Of a stretch of DNA of 64,000 bases, positions 41,737 through 55,895 are shown one piece after another; within the stretch, counting starts at the first letter, position 1; each line of letters begins with the position of its first letter. The notes under the pieces were generated by a model. That model saw only the letters and a list, made by a program, of their open reading frames with translations. It made no database searches and was not told the origin of the DNA. The position numbers were made by a program, and so were the translations under genes. Source of the DNA: Octopus sinensis (Eukaryota); assembly GCF_006345805.1 (NCBI RefSeq), contig NC_043008.1, positions 36,518,001-36,582,000 on the forward strand, written 5' to 3'.

Positions 41737-43169
41737 TGTGTATGCGTGCGTTCAAGAAAAAAGCATATTTACTAACAGAAAAATATTCTATCAAAATAAA
41801 TCATCTTTTACATCCTTTTTTTAAAATCACACTGTCGCCCTCATGAAATCCCTTACAGACATGCACACACTGACACACACACACACACCACACACACACA
41901 CACACACCACTCAGCATGAGCTATATACTTTTATAGCGAGTGAAAGCGTGTGTGATAACTATATACAGATATGGGAAAAGTTTATCATGAGAGAAGCGAA
42001 AATGAAGTAGAGAAAGAGAGACAGAGAAAGAGATGTTTTCTGTTGCTGTCGCAGAATTTGAGATTTAAAAGTTAAATGAAAACTTTCAAATTTGGTATAT
42101 TGATGTACTTTTTCATGCTGAATCCGAGTCTGTGGTTTATTTATTTCAGAAAAATCTTTTAGAAAAATGGCACTGAGATTTAACGTTTGATCGTATCTAT
42201 ACAATCAGAAAACATAATTTGCGCGTAATAGCTGTGATAAGATCAAAGTGACCAGAAGTTTTAAACAAGATGAAAGCAATGGATGAGAGATAATATATAT
42301 ATAGAGAGAGAGAGACAGACAGACAGGGAGAGAGAGGGGGGAGTTGATAAAGAGCGTGCTAATAGAGAGAGCTAGATTGATGGTGATGGATAGAGAGTGG
42401 GAAAGTTGCCGATCTAAAGATTGAGTTATTTCTCGTATAAAATTATATTTTTTATTATTGCTTAGGGACGACTTTCTTTTTGGGACGCAGATCTCGAAAA
42501 TCAAATTCGTTTTTCTCGAGGATGTACCATTTCAGAGCCTTTCAGGACCAATCACATATAGATACTCACACGCACACGCCCACGCACACACACATACATA
42601 TATATGTGCACATTGACCAAATTAAAGTTTTAAATTCTTAATTCAACATGCTCTGCAAAATAATATTTCGAGATTGTAGGAAGAAACAGGTTTCCTGACA
42701 GGACTTGAAACCGGTATCTATCGCTCGTTGGATGATCGCTGGGAATGATTACACTACAGCGTTACTGTCAGCACATCCCAAATTAAGTGCATAGTTTTTC
42801 ACTCGGTTATTTTGGGCTGTTCTAGTTTATGGTCACAGAATAATTATTTAATCACTTGCCGTTTTAAAAGGATGGGTTCGAACGATATATTATAACGAGG
42901 TATTATATATTAAACATATGCTAATTTACAACATAACAATATGCCCTATTTTAGTTCAGTTGGTAATATAATCTCCAGGAAGTCAATAAATCCAAGGTAA
43001 GAGATTCCTTAGGGGGTGGTTATTGCTCTGTTCTGCCTTTGTTACTAAAGTCTTTTACAATTTTAAAATGAACTGTTCAGCAATTGATTGATTTATTAAT
43101 GAATGAATTTATGTATTCATTCATGGAGTTTATATTTCGTGGCAAATATTGATAAGATAACAGCAATAA

Positions 43170-44675
43170 ATTAGTGGTTTCTGACCTGGGGCACAAGGCC
43201 ACCAATTTTTGAAGGGAGATTACCAGACGGTGTCATCGATCCCAGAACTTTATTTTAACGACTCCGAGAAGATGAAAAGTATAGTTGACCTTGGCAGGAG
43301 TTCAACTCAGTGCGTAAAATTCTGGAACAACTATCGCAGAGTATTTTGTGCGACGCTATAACCATTCTATGAACCTGCCATCCTCCTGTAGGAATAAGTG
43401 GTCTCTGATTTAGGTACAAGGCTGGAAATTTTGAGAGGAAGCGCTAATCTATTCTCACAACTTTAGTACATAACTGGCACTTTATTTTACTGACCCCGAA
43501 AGGAAGAAAAGTCAAGATGACCTCGGCGGGATTTGATCTCAGAGTGTTTACGATTGGGATCAAATCGCTAAGTATTTTTCTCCGACGCGTTAACGGTTTT
43601 GTCAGTCCACCGCTCTTGGAACTAATAAAAAATTACCAGAAAAACCAAAGTAAACTTGAAGTTGATTATAAACACTCTTCAAAACAGAAATTTATTTTCT
43701 GTCAGTTGCAATTGGTAAAATACGTACTAGTAATATATGAGGTTTGTTCATATTTTTCAATAATCTTGTTTCAGGAAAAACTAACTTTTTAAATTACGCC
43801 AGCGATAATTAAACTTAATAATTGCTTATAATCCAGACACAAGGCCAACAATTTTGAGAAGAGGAGATTAGTCGTCACTATTGATCTCGGAGCTGGACGA
43901 GTGTGAAGTTGACTCGAGTACAATTTGAAATCTGGATAAAACATAATAACAGTTTCAAACTTTAGCACAAAGCAAGCTTTTTTATTGGGAGGTGGGGGGT
44001 AGTCGATTGCCTGAGCGTTGCTTATTTTATCAACCTCGAAAGGAAGAAAGGCATAGTTGATATTGGTAGGATTTGAACTCAGAACGTAAAGATCCGTAAG
44101 AAACGACGCCAAGCATTTTGCTCGGTGCGCTAACAATTCTGCCTGCTGGTCGACTTTATATAAAGCTTAATCATGGTTCCAAAATTTGGCACAAAGCCAG
44201 CAGTTTCACGGTATGCGAAAGTCGAATACATCGACGCTAGGGCTCAAGTGATACTGATTTTATCGGCTCCAAAAAAGACGAAAAGCAAAGTTGACACCAG
44301 CGGCATTTGAATTCAGAATATAAAGTTGAAAGAACTGCCGCTAAGCTAACGGTTCTATAGCTAAGCCAATGGTGCGGACACTTTTGGTACCAATTAGTTG
44401 CACATTGCTTCCAGTTGGTTAAATAATAACTCCTAAAGCTCACAGACACCTAGAAGTATTCTCTATATTCCCTAATGTCTTCCATGTCTCAATATTACGA
44501 TTATTTTCTAATGCCGTATAATGATTTTTATCTTCCTTTCTTACCGGGTACTTCAAAGACAAACTTACTACTGTCATGACGTCGACGGCGAAATTTGAAC
44601 TCAGAACGTAAAGTCGGATGAAAGATAAGCATTTTGCCCGGCGTGCTAACGCTTCTGCTAAGGTCGCAGCTTTAA
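43170..44675 (-). mobile_element. Cluster of about five decayed SINE-B copies in the same orientation
   Basis: Repeated GGCACAAGGCC..TTTTAT(C/T)GACCCC..GAAAGGC..TTTGAACTCAG..CTAAC motifs. Confidence 0.65.
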
Positions 44676-44686
44676 TAATAATAATA

Positions 44687-44767
<81 letters not shown>

Positions 44768-44796
44768 TGATGATGATAATAATAATAATGATAATA

Positions 44797-44849
<53 letters not shown>

Positions 44850-44859
44850 AATAGTAATA

Positions 44860-45535
44860 ACTGACATGATAGAGCAGCACAGTATATTCACTGGTAATTT
44901 GCAAAAACTTAGGCCTGCCCCATGATAAAAACTGGTGGGGACACGAATCACCTCCAGTGCTTGAAAATGACCACATCTCACTCTTCTGAAATTTCACCGT
45001 TCAAACTGACAGAAAAATAAATGCGAACAGGCCAGACATTATATTGAAGGAGTTCAGACAAAAATCATGCCTTCCCATTAACATGACTTTCCCGATCAAC
45101 ATAAATGTATCTGTCAAGACCTACCAAAAACAGAACAAGTATAAAGATATTGGAACAGAAATTGGCAAACTGTGGAACCTCAAGACTAAAACATTACCTG
45201 TTGTCAGAGGTGCCCTAGGAGTGATAGCAAAGGGGGCTGATTGCTACTTAACTAAGATACCAGGAAATCCAAAAATGGCAGAAATAAAAAAAATAATGCT
45301 CATGGGAACTGCCCATATCCTACGTAAAATACTGTCTATGTAATCCTAAATTTAAACCAAACATAATTTTCTTATGTTTTCTTGAACATTTTCTAGAGCA
45401 ATATTTTGTGTAAAACCAAATATATGGCACCCTCGTCATAACAACAACTTGAACTTCTGACTTATAGTCTCTCGATGTCTCTGGGTGGGACTTAGAGTCA
45501 ACTTGTACAAATACAAAGCAATAGTCAAAATATAA
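44860..45535 (+). mobile_element. Dong/R4 3' fragment (RLE plus 3' UTR) between (TAA/TGA)n tracts
   Basis: ANRPDII..KYKDIGTEIGKLWNLKTKTLPVVRGALG..MGTAHILRKILSM*. Confidence 0.9.
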
Positions 45536-45549
45536 TAATAATAATAATG

Positions 45550-45601
<52 letters not shown>

Positions 45602-45611
45602 CAACAATAAT

Positions 45612-45830
45612 AATCCTTTCTACCAATGGCACAAGGCCAGAAATTTTAGTGAAGAGGACTAATCGAGTATATCGATCCCAGTGCATCACTGGTAGCTATT
45701 TCATCCACCCCGAAAGGATGAAAGATAAAGTCGACTTCGGCAGAAATTGAACTCACAACGTAGCAGCAGATGAAAATCTGCTAAGCATTTTGCCCGGCGT
45801 GCGAACGATTCTGCCAGCTCGCCGTCTTAC
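45612..45830 (-). mobile_element. SINE-B
   Basis: Homology to 33965-34196. Confidence 0.8.
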
Positions 45831-45869
45831 TACTACTACTACTAACTACTACTACTACTACTACTAATT

Positions 45870-45899
<30 letters not shown>

Positions 45900-45900
<1 letters not shown>

Positions 45901-46440
45901 GGGAAGTCTGAAAATCAGGGCTTACAAAGAACAAAGACTTGGCATGAGAAAACTCCTGAAGGATTCACCGAGAATGTGAATTGCGAAATCCTGTGGATAC
46001 AATGATTCAGTGCTATCATTTGACCAGGCATCGGAAACCGGACATTGTTGTGGTGAATAAAAAGAAAGAACATGTATGATTATCGACATAGCATGTCCCG
46101 GTGACAATAGGATCAAACAGAAAAAAGAAAGACGGAACAACCATGGCGATATGAAGAGGGAAATACGAAGCTTTGTGATCAATGAGGAGAGTAGACGTGG
46201 AACCAAAAGTAATTAACACTCTTGGAAGTAACAGCACTCAACTACCAACGTGGCTGAAAAAGATTGGTACAAATCTAAAGGAAGAATACTTACAAAAAAT
46301 GAGAATTGTTTGGAACTGCAAGACTTCTTCGCAAGGTTCTTGAAGTATGACCATTTAACACGTGTCACCTTAGTCTGCTGGCTGTGAATAGCTGACGCTT
46401 GCCATCATTTCCAGCAAAATAAGCTGAGTTCTCATCACAT
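45900..46440 (+). mobile_element. Dong/R4 3' fragment between (TAA)n tracts
   Basis: WHEKTPEGFTEN, KPDIVVVNK, IIDIACPGDNRI and GTARLLRKVLEV*. Confidence 0.85.
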
Positions 46441-46556
46441 AGTAATAATAATAATAATATAATAATAATAATAATAATAATAAAATAATAATAATAATAA
46501 TAACAATAATAATAATAATAATAATAATGATGATGATGATGATGATAATAATGATA

Positions 46557-46599
<43 letters not shown>

Positions 46600-46602
<3 letters not shown>

Positions 46603-47110
46603 CATTTATTTGTCACAAAGGCACGGTATACACTGAAAAAGAAGGGACATGCATAGCATACAAAGGTTGAAATAAAATGGCGGGGAGGATGATGGAGATG
46701 TGGCCCTCCTGATACAGGAAGGCTTCTAGGGATAATCGAGGAACCCCACTGTCCGCGATTTCCCTGAAACCCTACGAGCAAGTGTCCTCTTCAATTCATT
46801 CTTTCCGACTCAGAGTCTACACTTAGAGAGGTACCATCCACTCTTGCCATTTTCGAAGCTTTCAACCCCCAGGACAGCACCTACCTCTCGACTCTAAGTA
46901 TCCTTTTCAAGTCAATGAGAGCTCTACCAAAGCGGAATGTATCTGTTCTCATGCCTTTCAGCCTCGTCTACGAAACAACCCTTTTCGCCACAGCCATCAG
47001 ACTAAGGAAAATACCTAGCCTGCCCGAGTCGCTACAGAGTCGACCGACAAACGGATGCGTCCCATACAGGACAGAAGAAAGTAAGAGGAACGCATGATCA
47101 ACTACACATA
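46600..47110 (-). mobile_element. L1/Tx1-group LINE 3' fragment
   Basis: Antisense ORF MRALPKRNVSVLMPFS matches MRILPNREISVLMPFS at 202..501; ends GTGACAAATAAA followed by (ATC)n. Confidence 0.7.
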
Positions 47111-49110
47111 GACAAAGCTGTTCTAAAATAAGTGAAATCTAGAAAGAAAAATTTAACAATAGCATGAATAGATTATAAGAAAGCCAATGACATGGGTAAG
47201 TGAATGTTTGAGAATATTCAGTATCGCAGACAACATAAGAAAGTTAATTGCCATAGCATGAAGAAAAGGAACGTAGATCAGATGGTATAGCCTAAGGCAA
47301 AGTTAATATTAAAAGAGTAATTTTCCAGGGACACTCATTATCCTCGTTAATGTTTGCGCTATGTTTAGGTCTCTTCGGTTTAGTATTAAGAAAGGAAAAG
47401 GCAAGGCATCAGTTCAGAAATAGTAAAGGGAAAATTAACCATTTGCTCTACATTGATTATCTGAAGCTTTTTAGTAAGAATAAAAAGTGATAAATTCCTT
47501 AATACTAACTGTAAGACTCTTCAGCAAAGATATAGACATAAGTAAGTGCACAATATTAGTCATAAAAATGGACAGGCAGTCAACTGTGAAGGCATCCAAT
47601 TACCAGATGGCCAGACATTAAAATCACTGAGAGAAGGAGAGAGTTATGAGTATCTATTAAATTTAGAGACTCTCAGAGTACTAACTATAGAAATGAAAAC
47701 GAAGATTGAGAAGGAGCACATCAGAAGAGAGAGGAAGTTAATTAAATCAAAGTCAAATTATTCAAATCTAGTGAATGCTGAAATTACTTGGCTAGTATCA
47801 TTATTTAGATATTCAGTAGTGTTTGTAGATTTGACAAAATTTGAATTAGCAAATCTAGACAGATGAACTAGGAAGAGTTCAATATGAACGGAGTACTTCA
47901 TACTAGAGCCGGAGCAGCAAGATTGTATTTCCCTAGCAAGGAAGATGATAGAGGTTTAATATCGGTAGAAGACTGCGTGAAGTTAGCTAGAGTAGATATA
48001 GACTCCTATGTAGATAATAATGCAGAAATTTTATTAAGAGCTGCTAGTGTAACAGTTGGAAATGGGGAAACCAAAAAGTGAAATGTAGTTAAAAAACAGA
48101 AAAAAGAAACAAACTTATCTAAATAGCAAGAGAAGGTTTTGCATAGTAAATTTCCGAAGACTGATGCAGGAAGACTGTGATACCTGGTCGTGATTTCAGA
48201 AAGGAAGGCTGCAAAGAGAGACAGAAAGTTTGTTGGTAGCAGCACAAGATCAGGCATTGAGGACTAACTGGATAAAATCCAAGATAGACAAAAATCAGAT
48301 GAATTCTCAACATAGGTTATTTAATCAAAGTTACTCGTATAGTTAGTGAATGTGATATGCTGGCGCAGAATAAATACAAGACAAGACGAGACAACCTAAA
48401 GAGAATAATCCAATGAGAGTTACATTGAAAGCTCAGATTTAGCCATACATATGGTATAAACAGGAACCTAGTAAAGTACTAAAAAGTAAGAATACAAGAT
48501 GTTATGCGATTTTAACAATCATACTGACAGAGTAATAGAAACTAGAATGCCTTACTTAGTAGTAGTAGACAAAGAGAATAAAAAGTGCCGGATAACTGAC
48601 TTCATACTAGAACCGGAGTAGCAAGATTTTATTTACCTAGAAAGGAAGATGATAGAGGTTTAATATCTGTAGAAAACTGTGTGAAGTTAGCTAGAATAGA
48701 TATAGACCCTTGGTAGATAATAGTGCAGAAATTTCATTAAGACCTGCTAGTATAACAGCTGGAGTTAGGGAAACAAAAAAGTAAAATGTAGTTGAAAACT
48801 ACATTTTATGATTAGAATGTCAATATGGGAGGTATGGAGAAAATAGCAAAGTGCCACGACCTGGACACAGAGTTACAGAGGTTATGGAAAGTGTAGGTAA
48901 AATGCATCCCTGTAGTTTTAGGTCTATTCCTAAAGATTTGAACAGATGGATAGAGGAAATAAGCATTAAAACCAGTTTAGTGCAGCTCTAGAAAACAGTA
49001 TGATAATGGATTACTAGGATATTTTGGAAGGTTCTTGGCATCTAAAGTTACTTATTATAGCGCGATGCTTGAAATTTTCCCTCACAGTGTAATCTGTTGT
49101 GCACAAATGG
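47110..49110 (+). mobile_element. Decayed Dong/R4 element (RT, CCHC, RLE) with ~200-bp internal duplication
   Basis: IDYKKA, IFQGHSLS, INHLLYIDYLKLF, ARLYFPSKEDDRGLISVEDC, LLVAAQDQALRTN; 47897-48097 repeated at 48601-48799; (TAA)n tail. Confidence 0.85.
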
Positions 49111-49111
49111 A

Positions 49112-49167
<56 letters not shown>

Positions 49168-49388
49168 CAGAAGAAGAAGAAGAAGAAGAAGAAGAAGAAG
49201 AGGATAGGTGCTACAAGTTTCCTGTTAATTTGCTTGAAACACAGCACTCGTTGGATAAATACGATGCTTATTAAATTGCCATCATTCCCGCTTGATGAAA
49301 GCAAACATAGATGCAAGATCTTCTTGATTTCATTGCCTTATTTTGTCATTACAATCAACATCTTCATGTTGTTATTACTGGTGTTTCA

Positions 49389-49441
<53 letters not shown>

Positions 49442-49952
49442 GATTATGATTATTATTTTCGTTGTTGATTGTAATGTTTTCATATAACTAAAAAAGAGAG
49501 AAAAATACGAAATGCCCTCCGGTGAATTGAATATTATCATGTCTTTTAATCACACAGAATATATTTTCATCTCTCAAGAGTCTAGAATCTAAATACAAAA
49601 ATTATTGATATGAGAAAGTTTGTCGAAACTGTGTATTAAGAGTTGTAATGAAAGAGTGCTGTAGTAATAGTGGATATAGCCACGCAAAGTGGTCGATTGA
49701 ATGATATGGCGTGTACAAATAAAACTCGCATCCGGTCTGAGTTCAAATCTGTTGCAGCCATTTTCTTTAGTATTTAGGTTGGACATACGACTCTATCTAT
49801 CTTTCTCTCGCCCGTCCTCTCTCTCTCTCACTCCCATCTCCGTAAGCGTGTTGCGCGTCCATAATATATATATAATATATATATATATAATATATATACA
49901 TACAACACACACAACACACACACACACCACATATATTATATATATATATATA

Positions 49953-50088
49953 TACATACATATAAGAGGGATGACCACTCTGTGGACATCCATTATACTA
50001 GAAGTAGATCCGCTATGTAAGACCATAGTGGATCTACTTCTAGAATAGTGGATGTCCACGTAGTGGTCATCCCCCTTATATGTATGTA
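49953..50088. repeat. ~136-bp near-perfect palindrome (foldback/MITE-like) in TA-rich context
   Basis: ~65-bp arms around a 6-nt loop TAAGAC (50018-50023). Confidence 0.9.
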
Positions 50089-50508
50089 ATATAATGTTTC
50101 TGGATCTTCAGATTTTAAAATGATAGACCACTGGTTTTAAATTGATATTAATCAAATTAATATTCAATTTTCACCCTTATTATTTTAAATTTATATATAT
50201 AATATATATATAATATACATATACATACATATAATATATATATATATATATAATAATATATATATATATATATATATATTTATATTTAATATATATATAT
50301 ATATATACACGCATACGCACACACACGCAGACACACGCAGACACACATACATACATGTGAATAGGTGAAAAAAGCAGTACGAAACACATACAGCAGGAGT
50401 CGTCAGTATTTGATAAGAGAGAGATTGAGCTTCATGTTACTTAACATCCTGGCGCAGAAAACACACTACATCTTCAGATATACAGAGTCATATATGCATA
50501 GCCCTCCC

Positions 50509-50548
<40 letters not shown>

Positions 50549-50551
50549 TAT

Positions 50552-50629
<78 letters not shown>

Positions 50630-50719
50630 ATAGATAGATAGATAGATATATAGATAGTTCGATAGATACATATATACATACACACATACATTAAGACTTT
50701 AATTTAGCAAACCCCCAAA

Positions 50720-51650
50720 TGCAGTTTAATAAAAAATTTCTGTACATGTCGTTGATAAACTTTCTTAAACGATTATTTTATGAATCCGCACAGAGTTTCC
50801 TGATTCTTTCAGTGTCAGACTCATATCGTCCTTCTTCATTCCGGGTATCACCTGAACAATGACAGCCATCATTGAAGCTATGACATTGTGAGATTGTCTA
50901 TTAGTCTCCCTTTCAGCCACGCTCCAAACGTAATAGTCCATAGGTTCTCAAAGTGGGCGCAACCGCCCCCATCCCCGGTGGGCATTGAGAGGATTCAGGT
51001 GGGCGCTGGTGTCTAAGTGCTGGTGGGGATGGGTGGGGGCTAGAGAAAAAGGAGGCATCAGGAGGAAGGCAGTGGATTGGGGGACGTTATGAATTTATAA
51101 TATTATTATAGTATTGTATACAAATTATATAATATATTAAATATCAGATGGTCCATAGAATATATAAATTAGTAAAATATAAAATATTTATTTATAAATA
51201 AAAATAGGGATGGGGCGTGAGGGTATTCTGTGACCATGAGAGGGGCGGTGGCCTAAAACGTTTGTGAACCTCTGTAATAGTCCATGGGATTTAAATCTGA
51301 CAAATTTGGTGTAACATGATCGTAAATATTGTCAACGACCATTCTTAACCTGCGTGGGCTTTGTGAAAATGGGTTGAGTGCTATTGGAACACCTATGACT
51401 TTCCACCGCAAGCTTCATCCATCTTCGTCTTGAAAACTGTCTCCAGCATCTCAACATATCCAACAGCATTAATTCTAAGACCCTGTGGAAAGATGGGATG
51501 TAGCATGACAAGACATGATATTCGTTGCACACCGCTTCATGAAGCATCACAATTATTGGAAACTGAGTGTGCATCTCTCATGGGACATCGGAAGGATTTT
51601 CACATGATCATCTGTCATTTCTCTTGTAATAAAATTTTTAGTTTTAGTAA
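50720..51650 (-). mobile_element. Decayed DD37D/maT-like transposon fragment
   Basis: Removing the hAT insert restores DLNPMDYYVWSVAERETN. Confidence 0.7.
50939..51274. mobile_element. hAT (Charlie-like) MITE
   Basis: 14-bp TIRs CATAGGTTCTCAAA and TTTGTGAACCTCTG; exact 8-bp TSD TAATAGTC (50931-50938, 51275-51282). Confidence 0.88.
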
Positions 51651-51659
51651 AAGTTAATT

Positions 51660-52297
51660 TCTCTATATATAAAACTGAGAATGGTGTCTGTCTGTCTGTC
51701 TGTGTGTTTTCCTAAAACTTGAGAACTACACAACCAATTTCATTCATATTTTACACATGCCTTACTTAGGGTCCATGTAGCTTCATGGGCAAAAAAATGT
51801 TCAACTTCTTACCTAGGGCGAGCCCATAGCAATATCATATCTTCTCCACTATTTCAGTATTACGTGTTAAAAGTGAAACAAAAATATTTCTCAATTTTAT
51901 GTCAGATACTTTCACTTTAACAATAAAAATAATGATAACAATTGAATTATATATAGTAAGTAATAATTAAAATCAAACTAAAGTATAATATAATCGTAAC
52001 ATAACAAAAGTAAAAATAGCAATTGGTATAAAATTGCATCAGTGATTTGAACCCGAATAAGTGGTTTCACATGAATGGGAATAAATTAAAAATAAAATTA
52101 GCGTTCAGAAATGGAATAGTCCTACAATTCCAGTCTGTTATATATTTTCCGTATTGTTATCACTAGCGATATCAAGATATGACTTTGTATTTTGTATTTT
52201 ATGAGTAGATGTATATATATATAGATGTACATGTAATATGTACACATATATACATGCACTAGCACTATGACCCGGCAAAGACGGGTCATAATGCTAG
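51660..52297 (+). mobile_element. Non-autonomous Helitron
   Basis: 5' TCTCTATATATAAA, (TGTC)n, 3' hairpin TATGACCCG-GCAAAGA-CGGGTCATA, terminal CTAG followed by T. Confidence 0.8.
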
Positions 52298-52510
52298 TAT
52301 TTTCTAAATCTAAATACTTCATTCGAAATTTTATCCTTAGATGTAATATTTTAGGTAAAAAATTTCTTGTTCTGTACTTTACCACATGTAACAACTAGTC
52401 CTGAACTTTTTCAAGTGTAATAACTTGTGCTGTACTTTTCTAGGTTTATAATCGTAAGAATATTATTTCTCTTGTCCACATTTTTCTCTATGTCATATAT
52501 ATTATATATA

Positions 52511-52569
<59 letters not shown>

Positions 52570-53802
52570 CATGGTGTCTGTTTGTATGTGTGTGTATGTA
52601 TTATGTACATATGTGTGCGTGTGTTTATGTAAACCATAAAAACTCAGGAGGTATGAGAGATGAATAGAAATATTTATTTAACCACTATCATCCTGAGGAG
52701 TATGACCGTTTCGTAACCTTCCTCATATACGGACAATTTCAGTGTAGAAAAAATTCTGCTTACATCTTTGCGTTAATATACATGCTCGGCATTATACAAT
52801 ACAATCTTATATCCACAAATCCATGCAACTTAGTATAACCATGATGTTCTGGTGATATGACGGGCTAACATTCTTTACTTGCATTGACTTCTGAGAATAA
52901 AATTGTACTGTATAATGCAAAGAAAACATAAGCAGTTTCTTCTACCTTGAAATTATTAGTATAATAAAAAGGCTTCGAAACGGCAGTAATCCTAAGAATG
53001 TCAAGAGGTTAAGGATGTCAAGTAGTCCTACGGATGCCAAGTTTCATACCTCCCGACTTTTTATGGTTTATATACTCCGCATGAAATCATTACATCAATC
53101 GGATCTTCTGGATTTCAGTTGCATGGACACTCGACATATACTTCTCTATATTGGACTATGTGGACAGTTAACCGAGTCTGTAAGAAGAGCTTTTTGTAAT
53201 AGCCACACGATTCTTTGCATGCATATCTTATACCACACATTAAAAGTATGACTATCTGCCTGCCTGTCTGCATGTATATGTGTGTGTGAAATATCGAAGT
53301 TGACGTTTTTGAGTTTCACCCATGGCTGGGATGTTCATACTTGTAAAGAGACGAGACGAGACGAGCGAATGGTGAAACTGAGCGTGGGCTGTAAAAGTTT
53401 GATACAAAAAATAAAATATGCAAATGCAAGTTCAATCTACCCAGTGTATTGAGTTTTATATAAGATAAGGTTTCCATTACGTAAAATATTGCTGTGATAT
53501 ATATTTTACTACTGTTACCATTTTGTATGTTTCTGTGTGTCTAAGTATATATGTAGCATTTATATATGTATATATGTATGTGGGTGTATATATATACATA
53601 CATATATATATATATATATTATTATATCTATATATGTGTGGTTGCGTGTGTGGTGTGTGTGTGTGTGTATGTATATATAAATATTATATATATTACTTTA
53701 TTTTAAAGCAGCAGAAAATCAACAAAATCTGTACTCTGAGTTCTCGTTGCCGTTCATCAGACAGTTTGTTCCACCTTTTTCACTTTTATGTGTTTACTCC
53801 GG

Positions 53803-53834
<32 letters not shown>

Positions 53835-53911
53835 GGTATGTATGTATATATAATATATATATATATCTATATATAGCTATATATATATATATATATATTT
53901 ATTATATCATG

Positions 53912-55564
53912 TCAGGTCATCTATAAGTTCTTCCGAATTTTGAATTAAAAAAAAACAAGTGATCAAATACTCTTTTACTCTTTTACTTGTTTCAGTCATT
54001 TGACTGTGGCCATGCTGGAGAACCGCCTTTAGTCGAGCAAATCGATCCCAGGACTTATTCTTTGTAAGCCTACTACTTATTCTATCAGTCTCTTTTGCCG
54101 AACCGCTAAGTTACGGGGACGTAAACAGACCAGCATTGGTTGTCAAGCGATGTTGGGGGGGGGCAAACACAGACACACATACATATATATATATAGATAT
54201 ATGCGACGGGCTTCTTTCAGTTTCCGTCTACCAAATCTACTCACGAGGCTTTGGTCGGCCCTAGGCCATAGTAGAAGACACTTGCTCAAGGTACCACGCA
54301 GTGGGACTGAACCCGGAACCATGTGGTTCGTATGCAAGCTACTTACCATACAGCCAGTCATCAATGTATTTTCCTAGATTATCTATGCCTTTCTTCTTTC
54401 TATTTACAAGCTTTTTAATCCCATCAATGTAAAACTCTTTTGGTTTCAAAGCGAAGAACTCTGAAATGTCAGGTTCGACCGCCTCCTGGCTTGCGAAATT
54501 TATGCCCCCCAAATGATTCTGTAAACAACGAAACAAATGGTAGTCTGAAGGAGCAAGGTCAGGAGAATAAGGTGGATGAGGAATTTTTTCCCAACCAAGC
54601 TCTTCGATCTTCTGTAATATGACCTTTGCATTGTGGGGTCGCTCATTGTCCTGATGAAGCATCACTCCTTTTCGATTCACTAAAGCGTTTTTTTTTCTTC
54701 AAAGCTTGGTTCAAACGCTCTAATTGCTGACAGTAGACTTGAGCATTGATTGTTGCATTAGGTGGTAACAATACAAATTGAATTACTCCTTTGAAATCAC
54801 ACCAGATAGAGAGAAGAACCTTTTTTCCATGAAGTTCCCTTCTCGGTTCTGGTTGAGCTTTTTCCCTTTTACTAAGCCACTATTTACGACGTTTAACATT
54901 TCGATAGAAGATCCATTTTTCGTCACCTGTCACAAGTCTATCAAAAAAAGGTGAAATGAGTTCGCGAGAATGGAGAGAAGAGCAGATGTCAACTCGGGAT
55001 TTACGGTTGCTTTCGGACAATTCATGAGACACTCATTTTCCAAGTTTAGGAACCTTTCCAAGTTGTTGAAGATGACAATGAACAGTTGTATGGTTTAAAC
55101 TAAACTTTATTGCCAATTCTTCAACTGATAATGCAGGATTTTCTTCAAGTAATGCCCCAAGGAGCTTATCCTCAAACTCAACTGGACGTCCTGTTCGATC
55201 TTCATCTTCAAGGCTGAAATCTACACTCCTGAATTTTGCAAACCATCTTCTCCAAGTTCTTTCATTGATGCATTATTTCCCATAAACTGAGTGTATGTTT
55301 CGAGTCGTTTCGGCTGCAGAGTTTCCTTTGTTGTACTCATAAAGCATTATGTGTCTTAAATGCTCTTTAGATACTTCCATGTTGGAAAGGGTTGTAATCA
55401 AAGAAATTTTAATTCTATTATTCTGTAAAATAATATTTAATTAGTTTAAATGTACACAAATGCATAAAAATAATTTTAAATTCCATTGGACATTCTAAAA
55501 TACTTTTAAATTTCATTCAATTTAAAAAAAGGTAAAATCGGACAGAACTTATGGGATGACCTGA
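53912..55564 (-). mobile_element. Full-length mariner (DD34D) transposon, transposase pseudogene
   Basis: ~29-bp TIRs TCAGGTCATC..; MEVSKEHLRHIMLYEY start at ~55380; VTGDEKW; HQDNERPH..HPPYSPDLAPSDYHLF with 34-residue spacing; stops and frameshifts. Confidence 0.93.
53970..54356 (-). mobile_element. SINE-A inserted at the mariner transposase C-terminus
   Basis: Homology to 1377-1826; the head abuts the KYIDD codons. Confidence 0.9.
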
Positions 55565-55608
55565 TATACACATACTCACTCACACACAAACACACACAAA
55601 CATACACA

Positions 55609-55662
<54 letters not shown>

Positions 55663-55666
55663 ATAT

Positions 55667-55895
55667 CGTGACCTGGTGGTTACCGCCCGTTGACAAGGGA
55701 CAAAAATCCTGAAACTAGTCCGAGCGTATCACTCAGGCTTGCGAGGAAGGGATGGCCTCCCTTTGCAAATACTTCAAGGGCACTGAAATGGTGTCTAAAG
55801 CCAGCTGGAGACGACGATCTCCTGGGGCTATATAGCTACAGTAACACCCCCTCCCCTATGTGGTTAGCCATATTAAGATGGCTTCTATACTTTAC

